Source: Candidatus Bathyarchaeota archaeon
GTDB taxonomy: Archaea > Thermoproteota > Bathyarchaeia > Bathyarchaeales > Bathycorpusculaceae
Assembly (NCBI GenBank): GCA_963720565.1
Contig: CAVRFW010000009.1
Location: 64,001 to 128,000 of the forward strand
DNA: 64,000 nt
Direction of reading: 5' to 3'
Positions 56,116 to 64,000 of this stretch are shown here, one piece after another. Each line of letters starts with the position of its first letter. Within the stretch, counting starts at the first letter, position 1. The position numbers and the translations under genes are program-made. The notes beneath the pieces are model-generated. The model was not told the DNA's origin. It searched no databases and saw only the letters and a program-made list of their open reading frames with translations.

Positions 56116-58992
56116 TTAGCTGAAACGTTTGCTGAGTGCCTTTCGTTCTGCTTCAAGAACCAGCTCGTAGAACTTGTCAGTAAGCTTTTTTTCTTCTTGA
56201 AGGATTCGTGCGACCTCTTGGGGCTGAACCTTCCTGGCGCTCAAGGCTACGGCTGCTTCCCTACCGTGCTTTGCTATCAGTTGTCCGGTTTGAACTGCTT
56301 GTCCTTGTAGTTTCTCTTCAGCTTTTGTCAGTTTCTGTCCTTTTTTCTCCACAAGTGGAAGTGCTGTTTCCTCATCTACCTTCAAGAGACCAATGTTCTG
56401 AGAGCCGCATCGCGGACACTTAGGTTTGTCAGGCAAGTCCTTGATACGGATCATCTCAATGTAGTCCCAGCAGTTCGTGCAAACGAAGTTGCCTGTCTCA
56501 TTTAGCAGCCTTGCCTTGGCGGATTCCACGAGCACAGCCCGCATTCTCTCGGGTGGAATAAGATCGGTTTTCATGCTTACTCGTTCGATGCCTACTCGAG
56601 CAACTGGAGTTGCGGTGCCACCGGTTTCCAATACTTGAAGTTTGATTTCTCCGTTTCGAATTCTGCTCAAAACTTGGATAAGCCCTTCAGGGTCAAGGTC
56701 ATTGGTTAAGACTTCTTTCAATGCTTCCTCATAAATGGGCGTTCCTTCAAAACTTGTCACCAGCTTCTGGAGGTTTACGTTGCTAAAATCCGCCCACCTC
56801 TTTAAAGCCCCAAAACGGCGAGCCACGTGGATGATCCTCCGTTTGAAGAGCCCGGTCTTCACAGTCGACTTGGTTAACGTATCTTTCACTGCTTGCCCAG
56901 TCATGTTTTGCATTTCCTCAAACACTTCCAGCACACGGGGTGCATTTGTGGCGCCCATGGTTTGGACGAATATTCTGTAGGGGTCGTGTTGCACCACAAT
57001 CCCACGTCCTAGCTTGTCCGAAAGTATTTGCCCTAAAAGTTGAGCCAAGGCACGGTTTGTCAGGGAACCAAAGTTGGCGTGGACCAGCACGAACTCGTCC
57101 CAGTCCTCAAAGACTACTCGATTCTCAGTCGGCACTGCCAAACCCGCCTTTACCTGCTCAATTGTCTCTGCCAAAGCACGTAGTATAGTGTCTTTGTCAG
57201 CTTGGTACCGCTCAGTTAGCAGCAGGCCGATTTCTTCTGGTGAGAGTCCGCTCTGCATTTTCTCTTCAACAAATCCTCTTATCGAAGCTAGTTCTTGGGC
57301 TATTTCAAAGGGTACTGGAATTTCTTCACCAATCCAACTCGGAATCGAGCCAGTGGGGTCATCAACCGGTTTAACGTAAACTTTGTCTTCAGTTGTGTGG
57401 ATAATCTGCCACGGACTGCCTCTGATGATGAATTTAGTGCCAGCCTTGCCGAACTCTGCCATGAACGCCTCGTCTAAGACGCCTATTGAAGTGTCGCTTG
57501 ACTCGTCAATCACGAGGAACTGCTTTTCTTCAGGAATCATGGAGAGGTTGTCAAAGTAGTATTCAAAAAGTGCCTTGGATCGTTGCGGCTTCAATACAAC
57601 TTGATCCTCGACTGAAACCCAAGCCAAGCGTGGAAATCGCCCATGCATGAATTTGAGCACTTTCTCGATGTCTTCCAACGTTAAGTCTTCAAAAGGATAA
57701 GCGTTTCGCGCCAACTCCAAGATTTCGCTGAATCCCAGTCGTCTGGTCTTCAGGAGTAGTCCGGCCACTTGGTGTGTTAGAACATCGTAAGGCTTGTGTG
57801 GAATTTCAACGGGTTCTAGTTCTTCTTTCAAGGCTCGTCTGGCGATTACCAATGCCTCCAATGTGTCGTCGGAGTCTAATCCGATAATCACGCCCTCGGC
57901 TACTCGACCGATACTGTGTCCAGCCCTTCCCACGCGTTGAATGAGCCTGCTGACTTGTCTAGGGCTCATGTACTGGATGACCAAGTCTATCCGGCCTACG
58001 TCTATGCCAAGTTCTAGACTGCTTGTGGCGATTAGCCCCTTAAGGCTGCCTCTTTTCAATCCTGTCTCAGCAGCTATGCGCGATGGTTTGGCTAGACTGC
58101 CGTGGTGTATTGAGACTGGGAAGTCTATGTCCCACACTTTGAACCTGCTTGCCAGCACCTCTGAGACCGAACGGGTGTTCGTGAATAGAAGCACAGATTT
58201 ATGGTTGCTCATGTAATCGCGAATTATTCTCAGCCTTGCTGCCACCTCCGGATGTGTGTACAGTCTCCCAGCAAGCCTCACGTCTTCATCGGTGGGCTTG
58301 GGAAAAATTACGCGTAAACGCATCAGTTTGGCAATTGGAACACGTGTGATTTCGACGCTTCGATTGTCTCCAACAAGAAACTTTGCGACTTTGTCGGGGG
58401 TGCCAACGGTTGCGGACAAGCCTATCATCTGGAAGTCCCTTCCAATAAGGTTCCTGATCCGTTCCAAAGCCAGAGACAGTTGACTTCCGCGTTTGCTGTC
58501 TGCCAGTTCGTGCACTTCGTCGATTATCACCCACCGCAGACTCTGCAGGTGTTGTCGCAATAACCAGCCCGACAATATAGCTTGCAACGTTTCGGGTGTG
58601 GTTATCAGTATATCAGGAGGACTGCGTGATTGTCGGGTTCTTTCTTTTGTCTCCGTGTCACCATGTCGAACTGCCAGTCTTATGTCAAGGTTGTTGCACC
58701 ACCATTCCAGTCGCTCCAAAAGATCACGGTTTAATGCCCGTAGCGGGGTGACATACAACACTTTTATTCCTGGGGTCTTCGGCTGCTGAAGAAGCATGCT
58801 AAGGACTGGAAGAAAAGCAGCTTCGGTCTTTCCTGTCGCAGTTGGAGATATTAGAAGAACGTTTTTACCGGCGAGAATCTTCGGTATCGTCTGCTCCTGA
58901 GGCTCAGTAGGCTTGGGAAATCCCTTATGCTCAATGAGTCTTCGAACTGGCTTTACAAGCATTTCAAAAACATTTTCTGAAGATTCCTGCAA
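56116..58992 (-). CDS. lhr: Lhr-like ATP-dependent DEAD/H helicase
   Basis: PTATGKT, TPLRAL, TTPE, DEVH, SAT, HHGSL, LELGID, QRVGRAGH, C-terminal Zn finger. Confidence 0.92.
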   Translation of the reverse strand: MQESSENVFEMLVKPVRRLIEHKGFPKPTEPQEQTIPKILAGKNVLLISPTATGKTEAAFLPVLSMLLQQPKTPGIKVLYVTPLRALNRDLLERLEWWCNNLDIRLAVRHGDTETKERTRQSRSPPDILITTPETLQAILSGWLLRQHLQSLRWVIIDEVHELADSKRGSQLSLALERIRNLIGRDFQMIGLSATVGTPDKVAKFLVGDNRSVEITRVPIAKLMRLRVIFPKPTDEDVRLAGRLYTHPEVAARLRIIRDYMSNHKSVLLFTNTRSVSEVLASRFKVWDIDFPVSIHHGSLAKPSRIAAETGLKRGSLKGLIATSSLELGIDVGRIDLVIQYMSPRQVSRLIQRVGRAGHSIGRVAEGVIIGLDSDDTLEALVIARRALKEELEPVEIPHKPYDVLTHQVAGLLLKTRRLGFSEILELARNAYPFEDLTLEDIEKVLKFMHGRFPRLAWVSVEDQVVLKPQRSKALFEYYFDNLSMIPEEKQFLVIDESSDTSIGVLDEAFMAEFGKAGTKFIIRGSPWQIIHTTEDKVYVKPVDDPTGSIPSWIGEEIPVPFEIAQELASIRGFVEEKMQSGLSPEEIGLLLTERYQADKDTILRALAETIEQVKAGLAVPTENRVVFEDWDEFVLVHANFGSLTNRALAQLLGQILSDKLGRGIVVQHDPYRIFVQTMGATNAPRVLEVFEEMQNMTGQAVKDTLTKSTVKTGLFKRRIIHVARRFGALKRWADFSNVNLQKLVTSFEGTPIYEEALKEVLTNDLDPEGLIQVLSRIRNGEIKLQVLETGGTATPVARVGIERVSMKTDLIPPERMRAVLVESAKARLLNETGNFVCTNCWDYIEMIRIKDLPDKPKCPRCGSQNIGLLKVDEETALPLVEKKGQKLTKAEEKLQGQAVQTGQLIAKHGREAAVALSARKVQPQEVARILQEEKKLTDKFYELVLEAERKALSKRFS

Positions 58993-59092
58993 TTTAGTTT
59001 AGCCTTCAGGAGTTGGGAGGACTAAGCAGGAATCAGGCTGTAAAAAATGTTTTGGATTGCCCTTCCTCTTTCAAGAGCTCGATTTTTGTTAT

Positions 59093-59956
59093 TTACTGTA
59101 GAGTTGGATTTGCCATATCCACGTATGTGTATGAATCAACATGAATTTCGATATGACCATTTTGATTTGCTTTAGCTCTTGCGTTTATCAATCGCACGTT
59201 TGCGTTTAGACTTATGGTTTTTTCAACTTCTTCGGCTTTTGCGTTCCAAACTACAACGGGGATTTCTCCAGTGTCGTCTGACAGATTGAAATGCAGTACT
59301 GTTCCAGTCATGGTCTCAGTTTTGAATTTTGTCGAAGGAGAGAGCTTTTTCACAGTACCTTGCAGATGAATGTTGTTCTGTGATCTTGTTACGTCCTTTA
59401 TTTTCGTTGCGAATTTGCAGACGAAACGGCCGTCTTCCTTCTTGCATTGAGGTTCGATTTCGATTTCGCTCTTTTCTCCAATGTGCAACTCTATTTTGCC
59501 GTTTCGGTCCTCGCGTGTATATCCATGAGCAAACCGAGCGACTTGCCCGACTTTCAATTTTCCTGTCTCGATTAACTCGACTCTTTCATTCCACAATACA
59601 ACACGGATTATGCCGTTCTCGTCAAAAGCCATCAGGCTTGCGATTTTTCCACTCTTCTTGCCCTCAAAAGTCTTGGGCGGGTAAATAGTCACAACACGAC
59701 CAGTGACTGTTACGTCATTTAGCCCTGGGATTAAGTTGCCTATGGATAGGTTTCGATCAAAATCTCTATTCCGCAAGTCTTGTATACCGTATCTGGCCGC
59801 GATCAACCGCAAGAGAGTTGCGTTTGAGATTAGTCCAGCTGTTTTGGTCTTCTCAGTCTCTAGGTCTTCAAGGATCTGTTTTAGCTTGACTTCTGGATTC
59901 TTCGATAGGATTTGCTGAATTAACTCTTCTTCAGTAGCCATCTTCTTCAGAGCCAC
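59093..59956 (-). CDS. Replication protein A / single-stranded DNA-binding OB-fold protein
   Basis: Two OB folds (GRVV...DENGIIRVVLWN; DDTGEIPVVVWN). Confidence 0.85.
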   Translation of the reverse strand: MALKKMATEEELIQQILSKNPEVKLKQILEDLETEKTKTAGLISNATLLRLIAARYGIQDLRNRDFDRNLSIGNLIPGLNDVTVTGRVVTIYPPKTFEGKKSGKIASLMAFDENGIIRVVLWNERVELIETGKLKVGQVARFAHGYTREDRNGKIELHIGEKSEIEIEPQCKKEDGRFVCKFATKIKDVTRSQNNIHLQGTVKKLSPSTKFKTETMTGTVLHFNLSDDTGEIPVVVWNAKAEEVEKTISLNANVRLINARAKANQNGHIEIHVDSYTYVDMANPTLQ

Positions 59957-60114
59957 TCCGAATAGAAGACTTGCTTGGTTAAAAATTATTTGTGTATAAG
60001 CAAGAATTTATGAAAAACTGGGTAAGTTCATCATAACGCGCGGGCTGGATTGTTCTTGGCTGTGCTGAGTATGCTGTTTTGGGTTGCAAACAGAAAGGTT
60101 AGAAGATATAGCAG

Positions 60115-60243
60115 CTAGAGTTTTTGCCCAGTTTGCTCTTCTTCTTTTCCGTAGAAAGAGTATAAGAATATTAGAAGAAGGGCAACAAACGTTGATGTCA
60201 TGAGGATGTATTCCAGAGTTATGAAGTAGGCACTTAAGTCCAT
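60115..60243 (-). CDS. Putative 42-aa single-TM microprotein (not in ORF track)
   Basis: MDLSAYFITLEYILMTSTFVALLLIFLYSFYGKEEEQTGQKL; GGGAG upstream. Confidence 0.45.
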   Translation of the reverse strand: MDLSAYFITLEYILMTSTFVALLLIFLYSFYGKEEEQTGQKL

Positions 60244-60289
60244 TCGAATTCTCCCTTTTGTGTTGCTTATTGTTGTGGTGTTTTAATAT

Positions 60290-60700
60290 TTAAGCAGTAG
60301 GTTTTGTCCACTCGCTCATTAATGTATTGTGGAGTTCGTCGGTTTCTTCTATGGTATCAAACCATGATAAGTTGTGGGCGATTTTCTGTGCAATCAGGTG
60401 GTAGCATAGGTGAACTTTCTTGTCCATGACTCGGAAGTAGAAGTCGTCGCAGGTGCAGAATTCGGCCTCAGGTATTATCAGATAATCCCGTTCTCTGCCG
60501 ACAACTATCCAGATTGTTCTGCCACTGGGTTTAAACACGTATTTCTTGACTCGATTCTCTTTTAGGGCGTCAAGCGCTTTTGTGAAGCGTTGATTGAAAA
60601 GCTCGTAAAGCACTGTTAAGCTCTTGCCTGATAGTTTCCCTTCTAGTTTTGCTTGTCGGCAGATGGAGTTTAGAGTGTCGATTTCTGAGTTGATGCTCAT
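60290..60700 (-). CDS. SWIM zinc-finger protein
   Basis: FCTCDDF...CYHLIA. Confidence 0.85.
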   Translation of the reverse strand: MSINSEIDTLNSICRQAKLEGKLSGKSLTVLYELFNQRFTKALDALKENRVKKYVFKPSGRTIWIVVGRERDYLIIPEAEFCTCDDFYFRVMDKKVHLCYHLIAQKIAHNLSWFDTIEETDELHNTLMSEWTKPTA

Positions 60701-60736
60701 TTTTGGACAGCTTTTCAGGAAAATTGTTGAGGCGTT

Positions 60737-61333
60737 CTAGCCTATGTCGATTGGTTCGCCTTTCGACTTAAGCGCCTCTACTTTGGGGATGACAACTTCC
60801 AAGACACCGTTCTTGTAGGTGGATTTTGCGTCTTTCACTCTGACTTTTACTGGCAATGTGACTTCTTTGTAATACTTGTATTGAGCTGTGTCAACTGATA
60901 CTGTCAGAGAGTCTTCAGTTCCATGAAGTTTGATGTCTGTTTTTTCCACGCCTGGGAGTTCTGTGACCACGCGTACTTCACTGTCTGTTTCAACAACGTC
61001 TACTAGTGGTTCGCGTTCCTCTTTAACCTCGGGTCCTTTGAGACTTTTCTTGAGATTTCCAAATTCCTGGATTTCAGGTTTGCCGTCTGGGCCAATTTTC
61101 ATGCTATAGCCGTATACAAATGGCCCCCATTCTTTGACGGTGCTGCCGTCCGGCAGTTTTCGTTCTTTAACGTAGTCTTTTGGGACTTTCTCTGTGAAGT
61201 TCTTGAATTCCTCTTCCATCATTTTTTCCATCTGGCGAAACATTTGGTCTATGTCGCCGAAAAACGGGTCTTTCGTGAATGGGCTGCGTTTTCGCTTGAA
61301 CCATTCTGGGTAGTCTTCATCGTCTGTTGACAT
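60737..61333 (-). CDS. hsp20: Archaeal small heat-shock protein Hsp20
   Basis: GPFVYGYS...GPDGKP...FGN, REPLVDV, ELPGVEK, YKNGVLEV. Confidence 0.93.
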   Translation of the reverse strand: MSTDDEDYPEWFKRKRSPFTKDPFFGDIDQMFRQMEKMMEEEFKNFTEKVPKDYVKERKLPDGSTVKEWGPFVYGYSMKIGPDGKPEIQEFGNLKKSLKGPEVKEEREPLVDVVETDSEVRVVTELPGVEKTDIKLHGTEDSLTVSVDTAQYKYYKEVTLPVKVRVKDAKSTYKNGVLEVVIPKVEALKSKGEPIDIG

Positions 61334-61340
61334 CCATTCT

Positions 61341-61378
61341 TCACATGTTAATTGTGAGTTGTCAGCTTTCTATAAGGT
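61341..61378 (-). promoter_or_regulatory. hsp20 promoter: TATA-like CCTTATA with inverted repeat TCACA-N7-TGTGA between it and the start codon
   Basis: Repeat at 61341-61357; TATA near 61371-61377 on the minus strand. Confidence 0.45.
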
Positions 61379-61438
61379 TTATGCTGGTTTCCTTGGAAAT
61401 CACTATGGTTTTCGGTGACGTATGGAAAAACTGGAACG

Positions 61439-61466
61439 GTCCTTTTAGGATGAACTGTAAAAGGAC
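61439..61466. other. 9-bp inverted repeat GTCCTTTTA-N10-TAAAAGGAC (terminator hairpin or operator)
   Basis: Seen directly between the RsmB-family stop and the hsp20 promoter. Confidence 0.35.
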
Positions 61467-61524
61467 GGTGGAGAACAGAGCTTTGTTTTGGCATATTGAC
61501 CTTTAGGAATAGTGGTGTTTGGTC

Positions 61525-62880
61525 TTATTGTTTCAGTAGCTTTGCCACAAAGAAACCGTTGCTATCATGGGTGTGTGGATAGAGTCTCTGACACTTTTCC
61601 ATTCCTCTGAGCCCAGGCAAACCAAACCTGGGATTTATTTCCGTGAGCGAGAATTCTAGATGCGCTTCCAAGAACCGTTCGATTATCATTTCGTTTTCCT
61701 CAACTGTGATGCTGCATGTCGAATAGGTTAAGACGCCTCCAGGTTTCACTTTTTCAGCGCAGTTGTTAATCATTTTCCATTGAATTTCAGCCATTTTGCC
61801 TATAGATTTAGGCGTCAGCCGCCACTTGGCTGAAGGGAATTTCCCGAAAGCGCCCGTGCTCGTGCACGGTGGGTCTAAAACCACGACGTCTGCTTCGACT
61901 GCCAAAGGAAGCCACGTGTTTGCGTCCGCTATCACTGGCTCGGCGATTTTCAGGCCCATGCGGGACGCTTCCTTACTCCAAACTTGCATTCTTCGAACGG
62001 AATAGTCTATTGAGTACACGTTTCCTTCGTTTTGCATGAGTTGCACTAAGTATGTGGTTTTCGCGCCGGGAGCTGCACACACATCAAGAACGGTTGTGTT
62101 TGGTTTTGGGTCTGCCGCTTCAGCAGCGAAGCAGCTTGCTTGGTCTTGAATATAGAACCATCCTTCCTGAAAACTAGCTGAGCTTGTTAAAGGTTTTTTT
62201 GTGTTTAGGACTCTGTAAGCGTACTTTAGTGGTTCAATTTTTTCCGTTCCGATGTCTTCTAAGGCGAGTTTCTCTAGGATTTCCTCATGAGAAGCCTTGA
62301 GCGTGTTCAACCGAATACATGTTTGTGGGGGGTTCAAGCTTTTTTCCAGAAATGCTATTGCTTCTTCGCGTCCTAAGAGACTGATACAGTATTTGACAAA
62401 CCATATGGGATGAAATGTTTGAAGTGCAATTTTCTCTTCGTCGTCTGCTACTTCGAGAATTGGTTGGATTTGCCGTGTGAGCAGAAATCCAAGTATCGGC
62501 TCTGCTTCTCTGAGTGTTTTCCAGCCTAGAATTGCCCGTCCCAGCTTGGCGATCAATTCAGCCTCTTTGAGGTCGATATCCTTCCAGTTTTTTCTTATTC
62601 GAGTTTGGTAAACGTAAAGACGTAAGAATGCCTGAACGCCAATTGTAAGTTCATCTATTGCTTGGGGTTTGAGTACACTGTTTACGAATTTGTCTATGAG
62701 GTTCTTGCGCCTGATAGTTTCTACGACTATTCCGTAGGCATATCGAATAGCGTCTGGGTTGCCTATACCGAGCTGTTTAACCGTCTTGTTCAGCGCTATA
62801 CGCTCGCTGAGTCTTTGTGTTTCTATCCAACTCAAGGTTTCGATGGCGATAGTCCAGGCGTCTTTTAGCAATATTTTCAC
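61525..62880 (-). CDS. RsmB/NOL1/NOP2 family RNA m5C methyltransferase
   Basis: IQDQAS, DVCAAPGAKT, LDPPCTSTG, YSTCS, ENE, GFF. Confidence 0.92.
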   Translation of the reverse strand: MKILLKDAWTIAIETLSWIETQRLSERIALNKTVKQLGIGNPDAIRYAYGIVVETIRRKNLIDKFVNSVLKPQAIDELTIGVQAFLRLYVYQTRIRKNWKDIDLKEAELIAKLGRAILGWKTLREAEPILGFLLTRQIQPILEVADDEEKIALQTFHPIWFVKYCISLLGREEAIAFLEKSLNPPQTCIRLNTLKASHEEILEKLALEDIGTEKIEPLKYAYRVLNTKKPLTSSASFQEGWFYIQDQASCFAAEAADPKPNTTVLDVCAAPGAKTTYLVQLMQNEGNVYSIDYSVRRMQVWSKEASRMGLKIAEPVIADANTWLPLAVEADVVVLDPPCTSTGAFGKFPSAKWRLTPKSIGKMAEIQWKMINNCAEKVKPGGVLTYSTCSITVEENEMIIERFLEAHLEFSLTEINPRFGLPGLRGMEKCQRLYPHTHDSNGFFVAKLLKQ

Positions 62881-63257
62881 TCAGCGTTAAACAATGAAAT
62901 CCGTTCTAAGTATATAAGGTGTCTAAACCTGAATCCGTTTACCCTTTTGAATGGACACTTGTACTTGGGATGGAGACTTTGGCTTTTCCTCAGCCCATTT
63001 TCTCCATTTCTTCTTCCTTTTTTACTGATTCTGAGTGTTTTTTCTGCAGTTGCAGCACTGAAGAGTAAGTCGTCAATTGTGGCGATGAAAGTGGCAAGTT
63101 TTCCTTTAGACTCTAGAATAGTGAGAACTTTATTCCCAGTGCAAACTGTCTTTATTGATAATTCCTTAGGTGTTTTGAGGTTGTCTGGGGAAACCGCGTT
63201 TGCTACCGCTTCAGCTGTTTTTGCATCATAATATTCAAGCGTTATCGTGGCTTCCAA
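62877..63257 (-). CDS. pcc1: KEOPS complex subunit Pcc1 (C-terminal ~40 aa possibly read-through from an indel)
   Basis: AEAVANAVSPDN...TFIATIDDLL; overlaps the DHH gene stop. Confidence 0.75.
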   Translation of the reverse strand: MEATITLEYYDAKTAEAVANAVSPDNLKTPKELSIKTVCTGNKVLTILESKGKLATFIATIDDLLFSAATAEKTLRISKKGRRNGENGLRKSQSLHPKYKCPFKRVNGFRFRHLIYLERISLFNAE

Positions 63258-64000
63258 TATGTTCGCCCTTCAACTGTTTTCCAACTAAATCGTTTACAGT
63301 CTTGACAAAGTTATCCACTTGGTCTAGTGGGACTTGGGCACCTGCCGCCACGTTATGTCCGCCTCCTTTGCCGCCGAATTCCTTGGCTGCTTGCATTACG
63401 TCTCCAAGGTTGACTCCCTTGCTTAATGCAGAGTCTGTTGTCCTGGCGGAAAACTTGGCGAGGCCCTCATTTTCCACGTTGGCAAATGCTATGAGTGGTT
63501 TCTCAGGGTGGGCAACGCTGTTTATGAGAATGGATGAGATTGTTCCGATTATCTTCTCGTTTATGAAGTTTTCACCATATATGACGTAAACGTTTTCTAG
63601 TTCCTTCATCCGCTCGGGTTTCTCTAGTACCCAACCCAAGTACTTGCTAATGCTTTTCTTGTAGTCCTCCAAAACCCTGTTAGCCTCTTCAAGCGCTGCA
63701 TTTCTATCTCCCATGCAAATTGAGATTCCAAGGCTTGGTCTGTCCAGACGCCCAGTGCTGTTCAGCAACAGGGCGAATTCTCTAGCGTCGCGGAGCGGGG
63801 TCCACGGTTCTTCCCGCTCCAAGACATAAACGTTGCCTATTAGATTCGCCACCTCGAGATGTAATCCTTTTGACAGCAGATATTCGGCTAGGGCAGATGA
63901 CAACCTTTTCTTTTCCTCTTCCGTGAGGTCTCTGAGCGCGCGCCATTTCTCTCCATCTTTCAGTTTAATGTCCAATTTGCTAAGAAAAGCCACACAGGCA
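63235..64000 (-). CDS. RecJ/Cdc45-like DHH phosphoesterase, C-terminal part (truncated by window)
   Basis: DAREFALLLNSTGR, KFSAR, DHHA1 motif GGKGGGHNVAAGA. Confidence 0.88.
   Translation of the reverse strand, partial: ACVAFLSKLDIKLKDGEKWRALRDLTEEEKKRLSSALAEYLLSKGLHLEVANLIGNVYVLEREEPWTPLRDAREFALLLNSTGRLDRPSLGISICMGDRNAALEEANRVLEDYKKSISKYLGWVLEKPERMKELENVYVIYGENFINEKIIGTISSILINSVAHPEKPLIAFANVENEGLAKFSARTTDSALSKGVNLGDVMQAAKEFGGKGGGHNVAAGAQVPLDQVDNFVKTVNDLVGKQLKGEHIGSHDNA

Noticed and set aside
62877..63000. C-terminal extension of Pcc1 as a new domain
   Set aside because: It runs through the probable promoter of the next gene; likely read-through caused by an indel.
1..64000. Many 60-170 aa antisense or alternate-frame ORFs in the track
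   Set aside because: They lie inside well-supported genes and show no motifs.

Overview
Archaeal chromosomal window, most likely Bathyarchaeia/TACK (inferred from L37e, SmAP, Pcc1, Lhr, RPA, form III RuBisCO, FrhB/MvhD domains and a thaumarchaeosortase-like enzyme). It holds about 55 genes. I saw no rRNA, tRNA, CRISPR array or transposase. Main blocks: (1) 1-14 kb, a surface-protein sorting and glycosylation locus: a secreted protein with an IPEGFG-TM-RKR tail, a nucleotide-sugar epimerase, GT2, a flippase-like protein, three GT-C membrane proteins and an archaeosortase; (2) ABC exporter, iorAB, an FrhB-CBS fusion, pyrF and small genes; (3) 26.8-30.1 kb, a translationally coupled, heavily frameshifted three-gene operon the ORF track does not resolve: a membrane zinc-ribbon protein, a type I membrane protein ending in a 10-cysteine tail (SCVCACHSCACACACVSCACACAGGGAH) and a PqqD/RRE-like radical SAM/SPASM enzyme - the best candidate for an undescribed post-translational modification system; (4) aspartokinase and a second glycosylation operon with a PMT-type O-mannosyltransferase; (5) a GH3-family gene beside the complete AMP phosphorylase / R15P isomerase / form III RuBisCO pathway; (6) trxB, a tandem ferredoxin-MvhD protein and nfnAB; (7) housekeeping genes (metG, rpl37e, SmAP, lysine methyltransferase, Lhr, RPA, Hsp20, RsmB, Pcc1, RecJ/DHH). 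Scattered single-base indels also hit conserved genes, so many frameshifts are probably sequencing or assembly errors.
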